DNA of 63,663 nucleotides, the filler included, from Octopus bimaculoides (lineage: Eukaryota): assembly GCF_001194135.2 (NCBI RefSeq). It is 4 parts of 4 records of this genome, joined end to end, with 100 filler letters (N's around TTAATTAATTAA, not from the genome) between each part and the next. Parts side by side here need not be neighbours in the genome. Positions count along the whole stretch, not along the records: positions 1 to 31,259 come from NC_068989.1; 3 more parts are not named here. One strand, given 5' to 3'. Every line of letters starts with the position of its first letter. Positions within the stretch are counted from its first letter, which is position 1. The position numbers and the translations under genes were made by a program. Below are positions 1 through 10,409 of this stretch, piece by piece. The notes beneath the pieces were generated by a model. That model made no database searches. It worked only from the letters and a program-made list of their open reading frames with translations, and had not been told where the DNA came from.

Positions 1-270
1 GTGTGTGTGTGTGTGTGTGTGTGTGAGTGTGTGCCCAAGGAAGTGATGGTATAGTTGTGGCTGGAATGCTTTTGATTATAAATGTTCTCATGCGATGTCA
101 CGAGGGTTTAAACAAGAGCAGTAAAATTTATAGAAATTATGTCTGCCATTCTTTCCAGAGTTCTATAATGTTCACACCCATACATAGGAACCAATCCTTG
201 CTAGACTATGTGTTTACTCAAAGACTAACCATAAGGCATTTACTAACAAAATTTAAGATTAGTCACTTAC

Positions 271-837
271 CTGAGCGACATACATTTCTTCGAACATCAT
301 TTTGGATCTTTTTCAATGAATGGGAATTCGGAACATGAAATATGAAACTACTCTTTGAGGCTAAATTTACCAGTTCCTCATAATTTAACTGATTCCCAAT
401 TCCAATAGCGTATGTTCGTATTTTTCGTGTTTTCATCAATCTTGCAGACCGTATTGTCTTATATCTCTCGTTAGAGCCTCCATCAGTTATTACGATTAAG
501 ATTTTAGGAACACCCGGCCGGCTTCCAAATTTTGGTGAAAAGGAGTATTTACGTATATAATCTAAAGCTGTCCATGTATGAGTCCGTCCACCACGATAGC
601 GTGTTCGGCTAATGGCAGCCATCACATCTCGCTTGGTGCGATAGTCTTTTAAAAAGAATTCCGTTCTGGGATAAGTTGAGAATGTCACTAAACTAACTCT
701 GACGACATTTCGTGAAACATCAGCTTCAGATACGAAATTCCTCATGAAATTTAATTGTTCATAAAATTCATCTCTTCTAAGGCTTCCTGAGCAATCTAAC
801 AAAAATACCACGTCTGCAGGATGACTACATGATGTTT
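271..837 (-). CDS. Internal exon encoding one complete VWA domain (collagen VI/XII/XIV- or matrilin-like extracellular matrix protein)
   Basis: Minus-strand acceptor tttcttttccag| (AG at 839-838) and donor TCAG|gtaagt (GT at 270-269). The 567-nt exon is phase 1-1 and open: xTSCSHPADVVFLLDCSGSL...GGRTHTWTAL...ILIVITDGGS...YAIGIG...NVCRSG. MIDAS DxSxS...T...D is intact, with the flanking Cys pair typical of secreted VWA modules. Confidence 0.92.
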
Positions 838-1434
838 CTGGAAAAGAAATATGTATTTCATTTTTATCAAATAAAACTTACAAGACGAAAACAAATTGCA
901 GTGAATTTGTTTTATGCATTAAACGAACCGAAAATAATTAACTTAATATTACACGTCACTAAATTTCAGGAACACAAATATTTGCCTGTGGTGGCAAATG
1001 TCACTTGAGTGGAATGCTACATATATATATATATATANNNNNNNNNNNNNNNNNNNNNNNNNNNNNNNNNNNNNNNNNNNNNNNNNNNNNNNNNNNNNNN
1101 NNNNNNNNNNNNNNNNNNNNNNNNNNNNNNNNNNNNNNNNNNNNNNNNNNNNNNNNNNNNNNNNNNNNNNNNNNNNNNNNNNNNNNNNNNNNNNNNNNNN
1201 NNNNNNNNNNNNNNNNNNNNNNNNNNNNNNNNNNNNNNNNNNNNNNNNNNNNNNNNNNNNNNNNNNNNNNNNNNNNNNNNNNNNNNNNNNNNNNNNNNNN
1301 NNNNNNNNNNNNNNNNNNNNNNNNNNNNNNNNNNNNNNNNNNNNNNNNNNNNNNNNNNNNNNNNNNNNNNNNNNNNNNNNNNNNNNNNNNNNNNNNNNNN
1401 NNNNNNNNNNNNNNNNNNNNNNNNNNNNNNNNNN

Positions 1435-1476
<42 letters not shown>

Positions 1477-1499
1477 TGTGTGCGTGCGCTCGCTGAGCA

Positions 1500-2700
1500 T
1501 TCCACATTCAGTTCTTCTGTGAGGTATGTTAATCCAGCTGTTTCAGATTGTATTGGGAGGTCATCAGGAAGAGAGTACTACTGACAGGTGGGATATTGTT
1601 CCCTTTGCTTTTCAGCTCTAGATTTCTATATTTATATTTACCGTTATTCTTTAGCAGGTCCAGGCTGGGAGATGAGATACTCTGCACTAATCTCAATCCT
1701 CTACCTCCTTTGTCAATTCTTTCAAAGACCTTATCGGTATCATTATTTCTGAGAAAGTTTCTAGTTGATGTGAGGACCTTACGGAGATGTCTATTAATAG
1801 GATTTCCTCTTGAGACCATTCAAGTATCTCAAATGAAGGTATCAGCGCTGGTACTGCAAACGCATATCTTTCTAAATATGGTGTAATAAATCCGAGGCAC
1901 TCTATCTTTGTCCACAGCACCTTTGCACCTTCGTTTAAAATATTTTCATTAATGCCAAGATATCTCTCCTGTTTTATACGCAGAATGTGCTCTTTGATTA
2001 GAGCAGGAGGGATAGTGAGCGGTTTATGCACATGTTTTGGATTTTGGGAATGATTTTCTACGCTCAATGAACTCTTACTTCTGCCAAATTCCATTTCTAT
2101 GTCAACTGGAAATGTTATTAATTCCAGCCAATTTTTTGGCATTGTAAATATTTTCAGCATAGATCTTCAGGTCATCCACAAAGAAATTGTGAGTTACATT
2201 GGTACCTCTCGCAGTTGTAGGCCCTAGCATGTATCAATTGGATGCTTGTTAAATAATTGATAACAGATTTGATATCAAAATAAATAACATTGCAAAAAGT
2301 CCTTGGAATATTTTCTCTGAAATATTTATAATACCGGTGGTTAAATGGAAGGATTGATGCGTAGGTCTTTGTGAGTACGTGTTTTTGCTAAGTGCAGCGG
2401 CTCCAGGACCTATAATCGGCCCATACTATCACAGTGTTTCTCTGGCGATTTCTTCAGTCGGCAGTTTTGTTTATTAAATGCTGTTCGGCACGTCTAGATG
2501 CGCCCTTCTGTCTACTTGCTCACGAGTCACTATGCTGTTGGACTTACAACGATATTAAAAGAATAGGTTGAGATGGTTTGTATAAAGTTTGTGCATAATA
2601 TGTAGGCAAGTAGTGGGCCTATAATTTTCGGCCAGATCAGTAGTTTCATTTTTGGTTACAAGTTTTTTTCCGTGATATAGCAAGACAATTTATATGTTAG
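1500..2700 (-). mobile_element. Degraded non-LTR retrotransposon, reverse-transcriptase region, R4/Dong-like
   Basis: Minus-strand frames give ENYRPTTCLHIMHKLYT (~2630-2580), IFQG, VTHNFFVDDLK (~2197-2164; YxDD-equivalent), DIEMEFGRSK, YLGINE, FAVPALIPSFEILEWSQEEILLID and KGGRGL, in RT order, broken by stops and frameshifts. Confidence 0.8.
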
Positions 2701-2755
2701 TCTGGCTTTCCGTAGTTCTTTTGAATATACATATTATTCTGAATATGAATAATAA

Positions 2756-3066
2756 TATGTATGTCATTATTCAGTTTATTTCAAGATTTCTTGCCAATGA
2801 AGAACGAACCAGTTTCTAACCTAGATTCAAGGCTCCTTCGTTGGAATTTCAACATCAACAGCAGGGTATGTATGTATGTATGTATTATGTATGTATGTAT
2901 GTATTTATGTATGTATGTATGTATGTATGTTTTATGCATGTATTCTCATGCATATAGTTGCATATCTAGACATGCTCATATATATTTAAATGATAAACTT
3001 CTGGAAACTTTTACAGATTTTTACACTTCCAGTGATGGACTGAATCTGTAATCTTCGAATTAGCTT
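2756..3066 (-). mobile_element. 5'-truncated 3' end of an RLE-type (R4/Dong-like) LINE, CATA-associated family, copy 1
   Basis: Encodes the ORF end LIRRLQIQSITGSVKICKSFQKFII* plus a 3'UTR with an internal (CATA)n, ending AATAATGA|cataca. Roughly 85% identical by eye to 6945-7235 in the opposite orientation. Confidence 0.8.
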
Positions 3067-3129
3067 TATGTATGTATGTATGTATGTATGTATGTATGTA
3101 TGTATGTATGTATGTATGTATGTATGTCT

Positions 3130-3202
3130 GCCACAGCTTTTGTTAATGCTCCTGTTGCTGCTGTTGCTGTGGTTGTTGCTGTTGTTGTTGTTTTTGTTGT
3201 CG

Positions 3203-3284
<82 letters not shown>

Positions 3285-3286
3285 CG
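3130..3286. repeat. (GTT/GCT)n microsatellite
   Basis: Long GTT triplet array with GCT variants; explains the poly-L/V/N ORFs. Confidence 0.95.
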
Positions 3287-3781
3287 CCGTGTAGGCCTAA
3301 GACAGTCCTAACCGATAAAACGCAGATAATCGCTCGAACAGCGAAGTGTGACTTCGTTTCCACAGATGTATCTTCCCAGTCATTCTATGTCTCAGTTTAG
3401 TTAAGTATCATACTACACACACCAGTATGCAGTGAGGAATTATAAAGGATCAGCGTGACACTTTTAACTTACTGTACTCTTTCCATTGCCCAACCTATTT
3501 CTATTCAACCTCAGATTTCGCACAATCTGATACGCAGCAACAATCTAAATACACTGTCTAATTCTGTATTTCCAAAGGTTCTGGTGGTGAGCAGAGCGCA
3601 GGCAGGCGAAGGGAACTCAATCAGAGTATGACAGTTGTCATTACTCTGGACATATCGTTGTGCTGTGCATTCAGCACAGTGCTTGAGGTCAGTGAGGCTA
3701 TTGATGCTGCAATTATTTCTATGTGTGTCTTTTATGCAGTGTAGGGAACATTGTGTTTTTAGAATGTTGTAGTAATGTTCT

Positions 3782-4167
3782 GTGGAGTCGCAATGGCCCA
3801 GTGGTTAGGGCAGCGGAATCGCGGTCATAGGATCGCGGTTTCGATTCCCAGACCGGGCGTTGTGAGTGTTTATTGAGCGAAAACACCTAAAAGCTCCACG
3901 AGGCTCCGGCAGGGGGATGGTGGCGAACCCTGCTGTACTCTTCCACCACAACTTTCTCTCACTCTTTCTTCCTGTTTCTGTTGTGCCTGTATTTCAAAGG
4001 GCCAGCCTTGTCACACTGTGTCACGCTGAATATCTCCGAGAACTACGTTAAGGGTACACGTGTCTGTGGAGTACTCAGCCACTTGCACGTTAATTTCACG
4101 AGCAGGCTTTTCCGTTGATCGGATCGACTGGAACCCTCGACGTCGTAAGCGACGGAGTGCCAACAAC
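3782..4167 (+). mobile_element. Full-length tRNA-derived SINE (family B variant head) with 11-bp target-site duplication
   Basis: A-box TGGCCCAGTGG and B-box-like GGTTTCGATTCCC. The 3' tail (...GGAACCCTCGACGTCGTAAGCGACGGAGTGCCAACAAC) is shared with copies at 17971, 29538, 47868 and 59648. Flanked by AGTAATGTTCT at 3771-3781 and 4168-4178. Confidence 0.88.
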
Positions 4168-6722
4168 AGTAATGTTCTAGAGTATTGTTTGTTTATATGT
4201 CGGGGGGTGTTTTTCTTTTTTTTTTTTCTTTGTTTTCGTTTTTCATATAATAGCTATCGGTAGAGATTAAAACTTGATGTAGCATCAAATTGTGTCACTC
4301 ACATGTTCAGGTCACTCACATGTTCAGGTGTTCTATGTTTAGTATTTTGTTTTCTCTAGAAAGTGGTTCGTGTGTGTACATCATGTTATAATTCGTATGG
4401 TGTTATTTTGCGTCCTGAATTTATTATCGTTTAATGTTGAGAAATCAATGGCACATATATGACTATCAAAATTGACGGCAGGTGTGATGTAGTTTTTGTA
4501 TATCACAACACAGTTGTCATTTCTACGCAACGGTTTGCTTTTCTATGTGATCTTTATGTAACTCACCTGATGTGATCTACAACAGAGCTTCTCTAACAAT
4601 TATTTATCCGATGTTCTTGCTTTAAGTGGGATGAGAAGCATAGTTATACACTTATTTGGAATATATGTTTACTAAACATTAATTGTTAAATGAAGTTGGG
4701 GAAATAGCGTTATTTATCTTGTCAAAGAATGTAATGAAATAATGCAATAAACTAAAGTATCTTCTCCAAGCTCTCGATATTTGATACCTAACCGAACTGC
4801 AATCTACTTTGATTCTATCTGTTTCAATGCCACTTTGTACAGTACAGGCTTAAGAAGGACCTAGTTCATTGAAGGTATCTATTTCAATGAAATAAAAAGT
4901 ATAGAGTGATAAGAGTCTTGACCTTGGTCAAAATTCTCGGAAGAGGAGAAATCCATTAAATCATTCTGAATACTTAAGAGGTTCATTGACTCCGGAAGTT
5001 TGAAAGACAAAACTGATGGTGGCTGAATTTGAACACAAGACATCATTATTAGATACTGCGAAGCAGTTGTGTCCGACGCTCAACATCTCCGTCACTTCAC
5101 ACGCCTTGTGGGGTTAATTATCTTTAACTATTTAACTGCCAATATTATATCTAATTGGACATATTTTTAACCAAGAACAATAATTTAGGAGAAATGAAAG
5201 AGCGTCGAACTTAATGTCTCACAATATTTAGGCGTATTTTTGACATTCTGAGTTCAAATCTCACAGGAATCGGTTTTGCACGTCAGCTATCAGTAAAAAA
5301 GAATAGTAGATTTACGAAAGAACTATATGTCAAGAAAAATTATAATTATAATTATTGCTATTAAAATTCTAAGATTGTTTATAAATTTAAGTAGAAACTA
5401 ACGAATATAACTACAAATAAATTATGTGACTGAAAAATATTCACCTGCTAATCTTGAAAACCATTTTCAAGTCTATTACTAATGATGAAGAAACAAAAAC
5501 TAGGGCAATGTTACGATAGGAATTATTTTTAGAATCGCACGGAAAACATCATATTGCTCTACTCACCATATAGCCTGTTGTAACCGCACCGTACAAGCGG
5601 CAAAAACACTGAAAAGATATAAATATAACATTAATACACTGTTGAAATAAGTCTTGAAATTATCTGACAAATATTAACATTGAATATATTCGGGACTATT
5701 GTTAGAAATAAGACCAACAATAAATGCAATTTGTTTTCATTGCTTCTGTTATCATGTTGCTAGACAGTGTGCTGTTCTTTTCAGAAAAGTAGGTTATGCT
5801 TATAGCATAAGTGATTCTTTGACTTATTATTTAGTTTCCAAGACATAATTTAGGTACTTTTTTTTTACAGATAAAAGGCACGTGTCATGGAGTTTGAGAT
5901 AGTGTGATCCAGTTTGTGATTTTGTAGTCATACGTTTACGCTTTCTATGGCCTATTTTGAATGCATTTATTTTTATATGATATTTTAGAACGATGAAAGA
6001 ACCAAGCACTATATCAATGCATTCAAAATAATATTATACACAACATTATGTAAATAACAGTGTTCAGTAGTATTAGCTTACATTATACAAGAATCATAAT
6101 AACTATCACAAGAAATATTGAACATCATTCCTGCAATGTATTTCTCAATAGAATCTTAACCAAGTAAGACACTGGATAAAATTAAGTAAATATTACAATT
6201 TCATTCCTTCTTTCTACACTAAATTATACCATACTGTCATTTTCTTGCTACAAGACCCTTATACTATGAGTAAAAGAACAACGAGGCATATTAGAATTAT
6301 CGAGTATTCCACCAAATTACACATGTTCCAAAGATTAACATTGCGTAAGCTCAATCTATTTCATGTGGTTATATTCAAGAAACGGCTCAGCAGTCCTAAA
6401 CAGAGACATTCGATTTCCAATGAGTACTGGGCTCTTTGTTCCTTATAAACTACGTATATTTCTATAAACCGTTTTATATTTGAAGAAGAAATATCCATGA
6501 GATTACGGTCAACACACCATTAACTTACTCGACAAGTCGATCCCATGTCAGTCTAGCATTGTTTGCCTTTTGACTGATATAAACACTCATATATATATAT
6601 ATACATAAATATATATGTATGCATGTATACATGCATGCATGCATACACACACACATACATACATACATACATACATACATACATACATACATACATACAT
6701 ACATACATACATACATACATAC

Positions 6723-7235
6723 ACAGTGCACAGTTGTGGAAATTAGCTGCCCAGCAGGTGCTAACATAAAGCTGAAAATCAGTGAGAAAGAGAACACCTA
6801 TGCTGAACTATTGAGAAATATGCAGTTACTCTATCCAGATTACAAGTTCAAGTTTATACCCGTAATTATTGGGACCTTGGGATATGTAACACACTGCCTA
6901 AATACCAATCTTGAGAAATTGGGCTTCTCAAAACTAGAAAGATTACGGATCCAATCCATCACAGGAACCGTAAAATTCTGTAAAACTTTCCAGAAGTTTA
7001 TCATTTAAATATGTATGAGCATGCCTAGATATGAAACTATATGCATGCGAATACACACATAAAACATACAAATCGGTACATACATACATACATCCATACA
7101 TACATACATACATGCATACATAGAAACAAAGATACCGTTGTTGATATTGAAATTCCAATGAAAGCGCCTTAGATCTAGGGTAGAAACCGGTTCTTTCTCT
7201 ACTGGCAAGAAATCTTGAAATAAACTTAATAATGA
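6723..7235 (+). mobile_element. 5'-truncated RLE-type (R4/Dong-like) LINE, CATA-associated family, copy 2
   Basis: Open frame QCTVVEISCPAGANIKLKISEKENTYAELLRNMQLLYPDYKFKFIPVIIGTLGYV...SITGTVKFCKTFQKFII* (stop 7006-7008) is the C-terminal restriction-like endonuclease half. The 3'UTR ends AATAATGA|(CATA)n; the 5' flank is ~17 x ACAT. Confidence 0.85.
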
Positions 7236-7821
7236 CATACATACATACATGTATGTTCATCTCCTTGTTTGTGTCCTTGAGAAATTCATGCTACCCGGTT
7301 CCCACCCTAATTTAACTACTCTACTAAGGAATATTTTTTTATTTATTGTTTCATTCGTTTAACTAGCAAATCTTATTTTTGTAGAAAAAAAAGAAATTTT
7401 AACGTAAAATAACATTTCACCACCTTTTACAGTTTATTTAGCACTTAAAATAGAAAAATGGCTTGCCCTGTTTTAAGATATATAAACCAGCTTTCATGAG
7501 ATAAAATGTTGACAGAAATTAATATTGAATTTATCTGCGCATTTATCTTTTGTTATTTTAGTTGTTCGTGGTAGATCTTGGGCATGATATTAGATATGAA
7601 GCCAGAACTGCCACTAGTCTATAGAAACTCTACTCTCGCATACATCTCGCAGTCAGTATTGGCAAAATCAAGAATCTTGCAAGAAAAAGCGGATATGATG
7701 AGGGGGTTGTTCAACATACATCTATTTACACAAAAAGTTGCAGATATTCGCACAGTATATAATATTTGAGTGTATGCATATGAGTGTCCACATGTGTACA
7801 TGCATACTTACATATATACAC

Positions 7822-7868
<47 letters not shown>

Positions 7869-10010
7869 TGCATAAACATTTGAGCGTGTGTGTACAAGAA
7901 TGTGCACATACATAAATACATGCATACATCTGTGTATGTACAATATATGCATGGATATATATGTATATAGCTATATACAAACACATAAATATATATGTAT
8001 GTATATACCTATAATTTATATATATATATATATNNNNNNNNNNNNNNNNNNNNNNNNNNNNNNNNNNNNNNNNNNNNNNNNNNNNNNNNNNNNNNNNNNN
8101 NNNNNNNNNNNNNNNNNNNNNNNNNNNNNNNNNNNNNNNNNNNNNNNNNNNNNNNNNNNNNNNNNNNNNNNNNNNNNNNNNNNNNNNNNNNNNNNNNNNN
8201 NNNNNNNNNNNNNNNNNNNNNNNNNNNNNNNNNNNNNNNNNNNNNNNNNNNNNNNNNNNNNNNNNNNNNNNNNNNNNNNNNNNNNNNNNNNNNNNNNNNN
8301 NNNNNNNNNNNNNNNNNNNNNNNNNNNNNNNNNNNNNNNNNNNNNNNNNNNNNNNNNNNNNNNNNNNNNNNNNNNNNNNNNNNNNNNNNNNNNNNNNNNN
8401 NNNNNNNNNNNNNNNNNNNNNNNNNNNNNNNNNNNNNNNNNNNNNNNNNNNNNNNNNNNNNNNNNNNNNNNNNNNNNNNNNNNNNNNNNNNNNNNNNNNN
8501 NNNNNNNNNNNNNNNNNNNNNNNNNNNNNNNNNNNNNNNNNNNNNNNNNNNNNNNNNNNNNNNNNNNNNNNNNNNNNNNNNNNNNNNNNNNNNNNNNNNN
8601 NNNNNNNNNNNNNNNNNNNNNNNNNNNNNNNNNNNNNNNNNTATATATATATATATATATATATATGTGTAATAGGCATTCATTTGTCTAGATATACAGA
8701 TAGATACTGTTGAACCAAGGCAAAAAGTGCAGTTTCAGCAGCAGCCTTCAAACGACCTATATCTATTTGGTGTGGTGACGCATTTTTCTATGTAATTTGA
8801 TTAGAGCAGATGTGAAGTAAACACAGCACGTGATAGTTAATAACAAACATCTTTATCTCTCCTATGAAGGTTTTCGACCGTAAAGACTCGCGTCAGCATT
8901 TATGTTTTATGGGGAAAGTTTTTTAAACTTTCGGATGCAATATTCAGTAGGAGATAACTACTGAAAATCAAGTTTCTTTTTCCCTTCTGTTTATTACCCT
9001 ACAGAATGCTTTCATGGCCGTGGTCATAAATATCAAATGCCGTGTTTGTTTAATCTACAAATTAACGTATATGTAAACAAACGTAGATACGTGGAAGATA
9101 TTATAAACATAAAAATGTCAAGAGAAGTCTGCTGAAGGCATCGTCCAAACGGTGTGTGCCAAAAGTTATCCAAAATACCTTTCTAATTAACTAGCAAGGA
9201 ACTATTTAAGAATGTTGTAGAAAATAGTGAAGCTGTAATAGTTGTACTTTATATAAATCAACTCTTATGATCTTTATGGTGTACAAATAGAAGGGTAGTA
9301 TGATATAAGTGTCATTCTCCGATGAGTGATTCTATCTCTCTCAGATAAAACTTTATGACCAACTTCGATTACTTAAAAGAAAAGTCCGTCGTAACCATGC
9401 ACGTTAGAGCAATCAAAGTTGAGACCAGTCATCAATTGTCTGCGCGAAATTATATATATTACACATGTATAGCAGTTATACCCTATCCGACATCCGAGCC
9501 ATGTTATTGCCACTGAATTCTGTGCCAAAATTCGAAGCATTATGTCATTACATATCTTCTCCATTCATGATGTCAGTCAAAAACAGCGCAACTCAAAGAC
9601 TTTTCTTACTTTCAACTATGACAACCAAGAACAATCTTTCGAAAACTCGTAATCTCACACAACGAAACCCATATTCCGAAATTTGGAATCTACTGTAGAG
9701 CGGTCGATTATTGATCGTTCTGTTGGTGACCGAAATATTTGGAGTTCCTCTTGTTTCTTAATGGCATTTATAGACAAAATTTGAAGACATTCAGCTGAGA
9801 ACAGTTCGATGGGAATTATTGCCGAATAGAAAACATATTGCAGATTAAATGATTCATTGTGACATTATTGAATACGTTGTATCTGCGCAGTGTGTCTGGA
9901 TTTAGTACGATGTCACAAGTCGAGTCAGTATGGAGTTAAAGACTGTACCACGAAATCCTAGTAATGGAACTGAAATGACTTAACACGGAAATGAACATGT
10001 GTTATAAACT

Positions 10011-10051
10011 CTAACCCTAAACCTAACCCTAAACCTAACCCTAACCCTAAC
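10011..10051. repeat. Short interstitial telomere-like repeat (CCCTAA / CCTAAA variants)
   Basis: ctaaccctaaacctaaccctaaacctaaccctaaccctaac. Confidence 0.75.
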
Positions 10052-10149
10052 GTGGTTTTCTGTGAGTATGAGAATAAAAGTGGTCATATAAATTCTTATT
10101 ACGGTTATTTCAATAGACATGAGGTTTCAAATATTTCAGGAAAGCGTGT

Positions 10150-10345
10150 ATGTGTGTGTGTGCCCTAACTCTTCGAAACGCCAGTGTTGAATGGTGGCAG
10201 CTGATGAAGGAGATGTTCTCTATGTAGCCTGTGTGTTTTCTGTATTTGTTTATCATTTTGTCTACGCTTTGTTTGCAATGTCCTGTACCCAGATATGCAT
10301 CTATATATACAGGTAGATGTAAGTATGTACATACATGTAGGTATA
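10150..10345 (+). mobile_element. Dispersed repeat, possibly a Penelope-like terminal fragment
   Basis: Contains CTCTTCGAAACG...CTGATGAAGGAG. Its 3' part (TTGTTTATCATTTTGTC...TGTACCCAGATATG...TAGATG..GTATGTACATACATG) recurs inverted at ~53655-53755. Confidence 0.4.
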
Positions 10346-10370
10346 TATGCATATACTCATTTATTATTTG

Positions 10371-10409
<39 letters not shown>

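Noticed and set aside
4293-4328. 17-bp tandem duplication GTCACTCACATGTTCAG (similar 16-bp duplication near 27490)
   Set aside because: Ordinary slippage duplication with no associated element.
4565-4660. Perfect minus-strand donor CAG|GTGAGT near 4571
   Set aside because: Upstream frames hit stops within ~10-12 codons and there is no convincing acceptor; such 9-mers occur by chance in 63 kb.
8855-8900. Degenerate hammerhead-like CTGACGCGAGTC...GGTCGAAA on the minus strand
   Set aside because: The core and stem II do not fit the consensus without several edits.
9360-9950. Possible MULE/RING-type transposase remnant (RLLKRKVRRNH..., CAVCLD..RCH)
   Set aside because: Fragments are too short and discontinuous to support by eye; an HMM search is needed.
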